Below, piece after piece: positions 8,691 to 16,410 of a stretch of 28,155 bases of DNA. Position 1 is the stretch's first letter; the number at the start of each line of letters is the position of its first letter. The notes under the pieces were generated by a model, which searched no databases, was not told where the DNA came from, and was given only the letters and a program-made list of their open reading frames with translations. The stretch comes from Ilumatobacteraceae bacterium (GTDB lineage: Bacteria; Actinomycetota; Acidimicrobiia; Acidimicrobiales; Ilumatobacteraceae): assembly GCA_023254985.1 (NCBI GenBank), contig JALRJT010000015.1:1-28155 (forward strand), written 5' to 3'. The translations under genes were made by a program, and so were the position numbers.

Positions 8691-9904
8691 CCGTCGTTGA
8701 CGCCAAGAAGCGCGTTCGCTTTGGCAACGCGCCCGAGCCAATGTGCGCTCGGCTTCGGCGTGCGAACCTGTGTCGAGCGATCCACGGCGCACAGTCCGAA
8801 GATCGGCGCATATCCGCGCGTCCATTCGAAGTTGTCCATCAACGTCCAGTAGGTGTACCCGCGAATGTCGATCCCGTCGGCAATGCAGTTCAACACTCCG
8901 TCAAGTGCGTCATGGACGAATTCGATGCGCTCACGATCATCAGTTGCGGCAACACCGTTTTCCGTGACGATGAGCGGAACGTGGTCCGTTTGCTCCCACG
9001 CACGTCGAATGCACGCTTCGAGAGCCGACGGGCGGAATTCGTATCCCATGATCGTGAGCCGCATGTCGGGCGTCGGCTTCGTTCGACCGTCCTTGTCCAT
9101 GATCTCTCGCGTGTACGTCTGAACACCGAAGAAGTCGTCGCCCTTGGCGACCTCGAGAAAGGGGTCCTCGAGTCCGGCCCAGGCGCGATCTCGGTGTGCT
9201 GCCGCCTTTGCGAGCTCGTCTTCGTTCGAGCCGACGATTGTGTATTCCTGCATCGCCAGGGTAATTCCGAGCGGTGCGCTCGAAATCGACTTCACGGCGT
9301 CACGTGACTTGCGGTGAGCATCGCAGAAGACTTCATTCGCCTTCAGGCGCAAATCACGGTCCTTCTTCCCAGGCGGAAATTCACCGAGGAGATATCCGAT
9401 GGTTGAGACCATGTTCGGTTCATTGATCGTGCACCACATGCCAACCTCGTCACCGAGTCCTCGCGCGACCATGTCAGAGAATCGACCAAAGAGATCCGCC
9501 GTGGTGGCGTTGCCCCAACCACCCATTGCCGCCACCCAGCGTGGCGTCGTGAAGTGATGGAGTGTGACGACCGGAGTGATGCCGTTGTCTCGGCAACACT
9601 GCACCATCTTCTTGTAGTGGGTGATAGCTGCCTGGGAGAACTCGCCGTCTTCAGGCTCGATGCGACTCCACTCCACACTGAAGCGATACGTGTTGAAGCC
9701 CCACGACTTCATCATCGCGATGTCGTCGGGATACCGATTGAAGTGATCACACGTGTCTCCGCTTGGCTCCACACATGGACTTCCCGGCGTGTGCTCCCAA
9801 TCCCACCAGTCGTTGTTCCAATTATTTCCCTCGACCTGATGGGCGGCGGTCGCCGTTCCCCAAGTGAATCCCTGAGGAAATGCCTTCGATTTCTGTGTCG
9901 CCAT
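8687..9904 (-). CDS. Glycoside hydrolase family 1 (beta-glucosidase/beta-glycosidase)
   Basis: Start ATG 9904. FPQGFTWGTATAAHQVEG, YRFSVEWSRIEP, TLHHF, TINEP (acid/base), IVTENG (nucleophile) and DNFEW. Confidence 0.93.
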   Translation of the reverse strand: MATQKSKAFPQGFTWGTATAAHQVEGNNWNNDWWDWEHTPGSPCVEPSGDTCDHFNRYPDDIAMMKSWGFNTYRFSVEWSRIEPEDGEFSQAAITHYKKMVQCCRDNGITPVVTLHHFTTPRWVAAMGGWGNATTADLFGRFSDMVARGLGDEVGMWCTINEPNMVSTIGYLLGEFPPGKKDRDLRLKANEVFCDAHRKSRDAVKSISSAPLGITLAMQEYTIVGSNEDELAKAAAHRDRAWAGLEDPFLEVAKGDDFFGVQTYTREIMDKDGRTKPTPDMRLTIMGYEFRPSALEACIRRAWEQTDHVPLIVTENGVAATDDRERIEFVHDALDGVLNCIADGIDIRGYTYWTLMDNFEWTRGYAPIFGLCAVDRSTQVRTPKPSAHWLGRVAKANALLGVNDG

Positions 9905-9911
9905 GCGTGGC

Positions 9912-9917
9912 ACGCTA
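9912..9917 (-). promoter_or_regulatory. Putative -10 (TAGCGT) of leaderless GH1-meT1 transcript
   Basis: Hexamer lies 7 nt before ATG 9904 on the minus strand; no SD. Confidence 0.55.
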
Positions 9918-9959
9918 GCGCACCGTGCATTCAGCTTCAGATGCTGGCAACATGGATGA

Positions 9960-10820
9960 GTGCCAAGCCCACTCGAAGATCTCGTCACACTTCTCGACTT
10001 GGAAGCAATCGAGGTCAACATCTTTCGTGGTCAATCGCCTGACGAGAATCGCCAGCGTGTGTTCGGCGGACAAGTAGCTGGTCAAGCACTCGTCGCAGCA
10101 ACTCGCACCATTGATGAACCCGACCGGATGGTGCACTCGTTGCACGCTTACTTCCTGCGCTCGGGCGACCCCGGCGTGCCGATCCTGTACGAAGTCGACC
10201 GACTTCGCGACGGTAAGAGTTTCTCTACTCGTCGAGTGGTAGCGATCCAGCACGGAAAGCCGATCTTCAATCTGCAGGCAAGTTTCCAGAAGATCGAGGC
10301 CGGTCTCGAATATCACATCACGATGGACCCGACGACTCCAACACCAGAGACGCTCCCTGATTTCAAAACGCGCATGGAGCCGTACAAGGAGCTCCTTGGC
10401 GACTGGTACGACAGACCTCGACCGATCGACCAGCGGTACGTCGACGGAGATCCGTTTTCACGAAAGGGAAATCCCCGTCCAGGTCAGCGCGTATGGATTC
10501 GTGCCGACGGCACTCTCCCCGACGATCCTGTGTTGCACTCCTGCATCCTCACCTATGCGAGCGACATGACCCTTCTCGACACCGCCCTCATGCCACACGG
10601 AATCGGGTGGTCCGACGGATCGGTGCAGATGGCAAGCCTCGACCATGCGATGTGGTTCCATCGGCCGTTCCGTGCGGACCAATGGATGCTGTATCAGCAG
10701 ACCTCGATCTCGACGTCCAACGCACGAGGTCTTGCCGAGGGGCACATCTTCACTCAGGACGGCCTTCTGGCAGTGACCGTCGTCCAGGAGGGACTCACCA
10801 GACTCGTTGCAAAGTCCTGA
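9960..10820 (+). CDS. tesB: Acyl-CoA thioesterase II
   Basis: RVFGGQVAGQAL, HSLHAYFLR, RDGKSFSTRRV, LTYASDMTLL, ASLDHAMWFHRPFRAD.W.LY and VQEGL. Confidence 0.95.
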   Translation: MPSPLEDLVTLLDLEAIEVNIFRGQSPDENRQRVFGGQVAGQALVAATRTIDEPDRMVHSLHAYFLRSGDPGVPILYEVDRLRDGKSFSTRRVVAIQHGKPIFNLQASFQKIEAGLEYHITMDPTTPTPETLPDFKTRMEPYKELLGDWYDRPRPIDQRYVDGDPFSRKGNPRPGQRVWIRADGTLPDDPVLHSCILTYASDMTLLDTALMPHGIGWSDGSVQMASLDHAMWFHRPFRADQWMLYQQTSISTSNARGLAEGHIFTQDGLLAVTVVQEGLTRLVAKS

Positions 10821-10831
10821 CCGACGGTCAG
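10817..10831. terminator. Short palindrome spanning the convergent tesB/mreB stops
   Basis: CTGACCG-A-CGGTCAG contains both TGA stops. Short stem, no U-tract. Confidence 0.25.
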
Positions 10832-11832
10832 CGACGCGAGTCCATGAACATCCCGCGCAGAGCGGTGAAGTTCTCGACGCAGTGACCCGCACCCAAGACC
10901 ACAGCCTCAAGTGGCTGGGGCGACATGTTCACCGGCACCTTGGTGTCGCGCTCGATTCGCTGGGCAAGCCCACGCAACATCGAGCCGCCACCGACCAGAT
11001 ACATGCCGCGAGTCAAGAAGTCCTGAGACAACTCTGGCGGCGCCACTGCGAGGCATCGAATGACCGAGTCGACCATCTGTGTGACGACGTCTTCGATCGC
11101 CTCACGAATTTCCTGGGGCGTCAAGATGACGGTCTTTGGCAGACCGCTCACGAGATCGCGACCTCGCACCTCTGCATCACGTTCACGCGGAGTTGGCATC
11201 GCACTGCCAATCGACTTCTTGATCTCCTCAGCAGTTCTCTCACCGATTGCCAATCCATGCTCGCGACGTACGTGTGCCTGAATCGCTGCATCGATATCGA
11301 ATGAACCGACACGCACTGCTTCAAGTGCGACGATTCCACCGAGGCTGATGACAGCTGTCTCGGTCGTCCCACCACCGATGTCAATCACCATATTTCCGAC
11401 CGGCTCGTTGATCGGAAGGTCGGCACCGATTGCTGCAGCCATCGGTTGCTCGAGCAGCTGCGCATCAGCTGCACCCGCGCGACGCGTCGCATCCGTCACC
11501 GCGCGACGTTCGACCTCGGTGATTGCCGACGGAACGCAAATCAGCACCTTGGGTCGTGAAAAACGAGAAACACCTGCACGCTGGAGGAGGAGGCGAATCA
11601 TCTTTTCGGTGATCTCGAAGTCAGTGATCGCCCCGCCACGCAGCGGCCTGACCGCGACGATGTAGCCAGGGGTCCTGCCGATCATCCCGGACGCCTCTTC
11701 TCCCGTGGCCAATACCTCGCCCGTACGCCTATTGACCGCGATCACCGACGGCTCGTTGATCACGATCCCCTTGCCTTGCATGTACACGAGGGTGTTGGCG
11801 GTCCCGAGGTCGATCGCGAGGTCACGTGCCAT
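10828..11832 (-). CDS. mreB: MreB-family actin-like ATPase, not linked to mreC/mreD
   Basis: IDLGTANT, NEPSV, GRTPG, TEVERRAV, EQPMAAAIGA, DIGGGTTE and GGGSMLRGL. Confidence 0.93.
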   Translation of the reverse strand: MARDLAIDLGTANTLVYMQGKGIVINEPSVIAVNRRTGEVLATGEEASGMIGRTPGYIVAVRPLRGGAITDFEITEKMIRLLLQRAGVSRFSRPKVLICVPSAITEVERRAVTDATRRAGAADAQLLEQPMAAAIGADLPINEPVGNMVIDIGGGTTETAVISLGGIVALEAVRVGSFDIDAAIQAHVRREHGLAIGERTAEEIKKSIGSAMPTPRERDAEVRGRDLVSGLPKTVILTPQEIREAIEDVVTQMVDSVIRCLAVAPPELSQDFLTRGMYLVGGGSMLRGLAQRIERDTKVPVNMSPQPLEAVVLGAGHCVENFTALRGMFMDSRR

Positions 11833-11834
11833 GG

Positions 11835-12053
11835 TTAATCACGCCCCTGACGCTCTCGTGACTCACGCAGTTGCTGGCGCAGGTGTGCCCGCGAGTCATC
11901 GGATAGTGCGTCGAGGTGTCGATGGAACGCGTCCATTCCGTTCGTCCTCGTCGGCGGTGGCGCATCTTGATAAACGAGATATGCAAGCACTAGTGCTGAC
12001 ACGACGGAGATGAGAGCAAAAAAAATCGTGACGGCACCGAATGCGAACATCAT
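11835..12053 (-). CDS. Small single-pass membrane protein of unknown function (72 aa)
   Basis: ATGA overlap with the moaE stop; ends 2 nt before the mreB ATG. Hydrophobic N-terminal ~27 aa followed by a charged helix (GMDAFHRHLDALSDDSR). Confidence 0.7.
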   Translation of the reverse strand: MMFAFGAVTIFFALISVVSALVLAYLVYQDAPPPTRTNGMDAFHRHLDALSDDSRAHLRQQLRESRERQGRD

Positions 12054-12544
12054 GAGTGGCTCTCGTTGTTCAAATTCGTGACATCAGTGATGTGTTGTGC
12101 ACCATGTGCCCAGTCAGATCCTTCGCCCCACTTCTCACGTTTCCAAATTGGAACCGTCGCCTTCAGCGCATCGATTCCGAAGCGAGCCGCTTCGAATGCC
12201 TCTGGCCGATGTGGTGCAGACACGACGACGAGGACGGACGATTCGCCGAGCTTGAGTTCACCCACGCGATGCACGAGTGCAATCCGCCCCAAGTCAGACC
12301 AGGTGCGACGCATTTCGTTCGCGATCTCGAGACACTTCGGGACGACTTGTTCGTCGTATGCCTCGTATGTCAACGTCGTGACGTCAGATCGTCCTTCAGA
12401 ATGATCGCGAACTGTTCCAGAAAACACAACGACTGCGCCACAGCGCGGGAGGACCGACCAGTCGTAGAGTTCTCCAACCCTCAACTCATCACTCGTCAAC
12501 TCAATCAGCGTCTCTCCGTTGTCGAAGAAGCGTCGGCTGGTCAC
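12050..12544 (-). CDS. moaE: Molybdopterin synthase catalytic subunit
   Basis: GAVVVFSGTVRDH, LTYEAY, HRVGEL, SAPHRPEAF and LKATVPIWKRE. Start set at GTG 12544, 6 nt below TACGCT. Confidence 0.92.
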   Translation of the reverse strand: MTSRRFFDNGETLIELTSDELRVGELYDWSVLPRCGAVVVFSGTVRDHSEGRSDVTTLTYEAYDEQVVPKCLEIANEMRRTWSDLGRIALVHRVGELKLGESSVLVVVSAPHRPEAFEAARFGIDALKATVPIWKREKWGEGSDWAHGAQHITDVTNLNNESHS

Positions 12545-12550
12545 ACGCAA

Positions 12551-12600
12551 AGCGTACCTGAGTATCGCGACGACACTTCGCCGTGGCACTTGACTAGCCT
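12551..12600. promoter_or_regulatory. Back-to-back leaderless promoters: TACGCT (minus, 12551-12556) and TAGCCT (plus, 12595-12600)
   Basis: Each TANNNT sits 6-7 nt before a GTG that opens the homologous part of its ORF. Confidence 0.55.
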
Positions 12601-12607
12601 CTCGCAC

Positions 12608-13387
12608 GTGTCGCCCGATGATGACGAACTCGGTGAACATTTCTTCAATGCACCCCTTCCGCCGTACGAGCGCGCCTGGGTTCATCCGAGTGAGCGTGCA
12701 CAAGGCGCCGAACTTCAAGATCCGTCGTGGTTCGACCGATCTTCCGGTCGAACGCTCGCCTTATTCAGCATTCTCACCGGACTGACTACCTCACTTGTCT
12801 TGCTGGTAGTCGCGCTGCCTGGATCTGGAAACAGCCCAGCACCTGACGCGATTCCAGTCACCTCAGAAGAGCGCCAGTCGCCCGTGAATGTCGACCCAAC
12901 AACAGTTCCGATCGCAGCAGCCCTAACCGAATCGGGGCTCCTGATCTCCGTGCTCAACGGCGCCACAGTCGGCCAGACAGTGCACGTTGCCACTCCTGAG
13001 GCAGCCGAATTCGACGCAGTCGTGATTGACGTCGAGCCGACTCTCGGAGTCTCGATGCTGAAGGTCATCGACCCCGTCTACGCAAAGAGTCGACTGGCGG
13101 TGACACCGGTCTCCGATGACGAGATACAGCCAGGAGCCCCAGTATGGGTCGCAACTGCAGCGTTTGGCATCGAACTCAGTCACATCAGTTCATCTACCCC
13201 GGGAACAAGCGGGACGCACATCCCCCTCGAACCATTCTCTAGTTCTCACCACGGTGGAACCGTGTTCACTAGCGACGGCTCGTTGATCGGGTGGTGTGTC
13301 GAACGCGACGGAAGGCATTGGTTGCTCTCGGCAAACGTTGCGCGGTCCGCGGTCCTTAGGCTGGAATCCGATGTCGTTCAACCCTGA
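12608..13387 (+). CDS. Membrane-anchored trypsin/HtrA-like domain protein lacking the catalytic triad
   Basis: GTG 12608. PLPPYERAWVHPSE N-terminus and one TM helix (TLALFSILTGLTTSLVLLVVAL). Then the HtrA-like pattern ESGLLIS..V.V....EFDAVVIDVEP..VSMLKV ... PGAPVWV ... HGGTVFTSDGSLIGW. No PDZ domain. Confidence 0.65.
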   Translation: MSPDDDELGEHFFNAPLPPYERAWVHPSERAQGAELQDPSWFDRSSGRTLALFSILTGLTTSLVLLVVALPGSGNSPAPDAIPVTSEERQSPVNVDPTTVPIAAALTESGLLISVLNGATVGQTVHVATPEAAEFDAVVIDVEPTLGVSMLKVIDPVYAKSRLAVTPVSDDEIQPGAPVWVATAAFGIELSHISSSTPGTSGTHIPLEPFSSSHHGGTVFTSDGSLIGWCVERDGRHWLLSANVARSAVLRLESDVVQP

Positions 13388-14540
13388 CGAGTCACCGTTC
13401 CCCGGAATGCCCTTCTTTGGCGATCTCGCCAAACAGTTGTCGAGCCAGGGTCCGTTGCAGTGGGATGTCGCTCGTCAAGTTGCCCTCATGACTTCCACGG
13501 AAGGGTCGAACAACGAGTCGAACGTTGACCCAGCCAGCCGGGTCGCCTTCGAACGCCTCCTTCCGATCGCCGACCAACGGGTGCGTGATTTCACAGGCCT
13601 TGCAACTGCACCACTCGGAGCACCGCCCAAGGTTGAGGTCGTGAATCGCTCGATGTGGACGCACCACACGCTCGCCGCATATCGCCCAATGTTCACGGAA
13701 CTCGCACAGTCACTTACCTCGTCGTCCGTCGAATCCACTGACGCCGATCCAATGGCCCAAATGATGTCGTCGATCAACAAGATGATGGGCCCCGCGATGA
13801 TGGGCATGTCCGTCGGCACGATGATCGGGCAACTCGCCCTCCGTTCGTTCGGCCAATACGACCTTCCCCTACCCCGTGAGTCACAGAATCAAGTTCTCAT
13901 CGTCGCACCAAATGTCGAGCGCTTCGCAAGCGACTGGAGCATCACGCCGGACGACATGCGCATGTGGGTACTCATCAGCGAACTCACGTCACACGCGGTT
14001 CTCACCATTCCACACGTCCGCGACACCATTTCTGCTGCCGTTCGTCACTACATTGCCGGATTCTCACCGAACCCGAACGCGTTGATGGAACGCCTCACGA
14101 ACATGGATCTCGGCGACAGTGATCCGATGGCGATGATGAACAAGTTCTTCACCGATCCCTCCATCATCCTCGGAGCAGTTCGCTCACCGATGCAGGAGAA
14201 CCTCGCACCATCCCTCGATGCGATGGTCGCAGCAATCATCGGCTATGTCGATCATGCAGTTGATGGAATCTCTGCGACAGTTCTCGGTGCTGGTACGCAG
14301 ATCGCCGAAGCCGTCCGACGCCGACGAGTGGAGGCCTCGCCAAGCGACTCCTTCGTCGAACAGCTCCTCGGTCTTCACCTCACGCAGGGACAAGTAGAAC
14401 GCGGAACCGCCTTCGTGGAGGGTGTCGTAGAACGAGCTGGGAGCGAAGGTCTCGGCCAACTCTTTGTGCGCTCTGGCAACCTACCGACGCCAAACGAGCT
14501 TGACGCCCCCGGGCTGTGGCTCGCCCGCATCGCCCTCTAA
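13371..14540 (+). CDS. DUF2342 / zincin-like 'zinc-dependent metalloprotease' family protein (metal motif degenerate)
   Basis: ATG 13371 overlaps the upstream gene. W..ARQVA, VVNRSMW, FGQYDLPL, IVAPNVERFA.DW, MWVLISELTSH and VERG.AFV.GVVERAG...LPTPNELDAPGLWLARI. Confidence 0.8.
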   Translation: MSFNPDESPFPGMPFFGDLAKQLSSQGPLQWDVARQVALMTSTEGSNNESNVDPASRVAFERLLPIADQRVRDFTGLATAPLGAPPKVEVVNRSMWTHHTLAAYRPMFTELAQSLTSSSVESTDADPMAQMMSSINKMMGPAMMGMSVGTMIGQLALRSFGQYDLPLPRESQNQVLIVAPNVERFASDWSITPDDMRMWVLISELTSHAVLTIPHVRDTISAAVRHYIAGFSPNPNALMERLTNMDLGDSDPMAMMNKFFTDPSIILGAVRSPMQENLAPSLDAMVAAIIGYVDHAVDGISATVLGAGTQIAEAVRRRRVEASPSDSFVEQLLGLHLTQGQVERGTAFVEGVVERAGSEGLGQLFVRSGNLPTPNELDAPGLWLARIAL

Positions 14541-15694
14541 TAGCGCACTGCGTAGTAGATCGCAGCAATGAGTCCGATCGATCCGATTATCGCGAAGCCA
14601 ACTGCCCCACTTGGCGTCAATCCGACGGCGACGAATCCACCGGCCACCTGCGCGAACTGATTCCGAGTCTCGTAACGCGCAAACGCACGAGAACGATTTG
14701 CGTCTGGCGCACGAGTTTGAAGAATGGAATCAAAGGCTAATTTTCCGAGTGCGCCGACGGCATAGGTCACGCCAGTCAGCACGATTCCTGCGGTGATGCT
14801 CCCCACATAGGCGCACACGAGGCCAACGACAGCGACGATGACGAGAGCAATTTCAAGTACCACGTGTTCGCGAAGCACTCGTCGCACCAACCCACCGATC
14901 GAATTTGCAATCAACGTCGAGAGGGACCCAATACCCAAGGCGAGTGCGAACCACGCGGTTCCCGCCTTCTCCGTGCGCAACCAGAACGCAAGATGGAAGA
15001 ATAAAAAGCCATTCGCTACCCGAAGAGCAGCCATCGCCATCGCGGCTCGAACGATCGACGGTGAGTGGAGTTCGTTCCGCTCCAAGTCCGACTCCGGGCC
15101 TCGCGCTCCTGCGATTCCCCGTGGAAGAGACAACGCGAGAATTCCCGCCAACACGAAACACATAGCCGCGAAACTAAGCGAAAGCCGTGAACTGATTAGT
15201 TGCAGTAGTGCTGCAGGACCACCAGCAACAATCCCCACGATGCCAGTGAGACGACCGATCTGGCCGTTCGCAGCCATCAACTCATCTGAAGGCGCCACCG
15301 TCGGCATCACCGCTGATCGCGAAACGCCGTACACCTTGGCGAGCACGAGCGCCACGAACATCAGCGCAAAGAGTGACAGCGAATCGATCCACCGCATGAT
15401 CGCAAACATCAGTCCTGCGCGCGCGATGGAGAGCACGACAATCGTCAGCCGACGTCCACCTGGTACGCGATCGAGAAATGGACCGATGAATCGCGCGAGG
15501 ATCAGGAATGGTGCGAGGCTAAACGCGAGGAATGCAAGCACCCTTCCCCGAGCAGCATCCGGGCTGACCGACAAGAACATCGAATCGGCAAGCGAGACCG
15601 CAAGAGCGGCTTCCCCCGCGACGGTCCAGGTGTGAACACGCTTGAGGCGAGTGAGAGGACTTGCTGGTGGAAGACCGGTAGTAGATCTGACTAT
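14537..15694 (-). CDS. MFS-type membrane protein; first canonical start is 15580 but coding homology extends upstream to about 15690
   Basis: About 10-11 TM segments, SPDAARGRV..FL...LAPF, IGPFLDR, KLAFDSILQ and RSRAFARYETRNQ. The upstream in-frame stretch encodes a TM1-like segment (see findings). The 5' coordinate is tentative (ATA). Confidence 0.75.
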   Translation of the reverse strand: MVRSTTGLPPASPLTRLKRVHTWTVAGEAALAVSLADSMFLSVSPDAARGRVLAFLAFSLAPFLILARFIGPFLDRVPGGRRLTIVVLSIARAGLMFAIMRWIDSLSLFALMFVALVLAKVYGVSRSAVMPTVAPSDELMAANGQIGRLTGIVGIVAGGPAALLQLISSRLSLSFAAMCFVLAGILALSLPRGIAGARGPESDLERNELHSPSIVRAAMAMAALRVANGFLFFHLAFWLRTEKAGTAWFALALGIGSLSTLIANSIGGLVRRVLREHVVLEIALVIVAVVGLVCAYVGSITAGIVLTGVTYAVGALGKLAFDSILQTRAPDANRSRAFARYETRNQFAQVAGGFVAVGLTPSGAVGFAIIGSIGLIAAIYYAVRY

Positions 15695-16410
15695 GAGGTC
15701 AGTTTCTCATACTTGTATCCGAGACCGCGGATGGTCACCACGTTCACCGGATTTGCAGGATCGACCTCGATCTTCGAACGAAGACGTTTGATGTGCACGT
15801 CGAGGGTCTTCGTGTCGCCGTAATAATCGGAACCCCACACCCGATCGATCAGGTTCTCGCGGGTCATCACCCTGCCCGCATTCGCCATCAACACGTACAG
15901 CAACTCGAATTCCTTCAACGGGAGCTTTGTCACCGTTCCACGAACTGTAACCATGTGTTGTTCGGGGTCAATCTGCACATCGCCAACTCGAACCGTGCCG
16001 ATACCGACTTCGTCGATTTCGCTCTGTGTCAGTGAGCTGCGACGCAATGCCGCGCGAATCCTGGCGACAAGTTCCCGGAGACGGTAGGGCTTGACGATGT
16101 AATCATCGGCACCAACCTCGAGACCGACGACGGTGTCGATTTCAGAGCCCTTGGCCGACACCATGATGATCGGCACCTGACTCTTCTTACGGATCTCGCG
16201 ACAGACATCGGTCCCCGAAACCTTCGGCAACATCACGTCGAGAAGGATGATGTCTGGCTTCACGGTCTCGAAATTGAGGAGTGCCTCAGCGCCGTCTCGT
16301 GCAACTTCCACACGAAAGCCTTCGCGCTGCAGTCCGATGTCGAGTGCCTCAATGAACGCATCCTCGTCTTCAACAATGAAGACAGTCGGAGCGTCCTTGG
16401 CTGAGGTCAC
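15691..16410 (-). CDS. regX3: OmpR/PhoB-family response regulator, RegX3-like
   Basis: VEDE, LLDVMLP (phosphoacceptor Asp), SEIDTVVGLEVGADDY.KP, LPLKEFELL, DRVWGSDYYGDTKTLDVHIKRLRSKIE.DP and TIRGLGYK. GTGA overlap with phoU. Confidence 0.88.
   Translation of the reverse strand: MTSAKDAPTVFIVEDEDAFIEALDIGLQREGFRVEVARDGAEALLNFETVKPDIILLDVMLPKVSGTDVCREIRKKSQVPIIMVSAKGSEIDTVVGLEVGADDYIVKPYRLRELVARIRAALRRSSLTQSEIDEVGIGTVRVGDVQIDPEQHMVTVRGTVTKLPLKEFELLYVLMANAGRVMTRENLIDRVWGSDYYGDTKTLDVHIKRLRSKIEVDPANPVNVVTIRGLGYKYEKLTS

Noticed and set aside
12018-12025. A8 homopolymer in the small membrane ORF as a phase-variation site
   Set aside because: Explained by Ile-Phe-Phe codons in a TM helix; 8 nt is short and the frame is intact.
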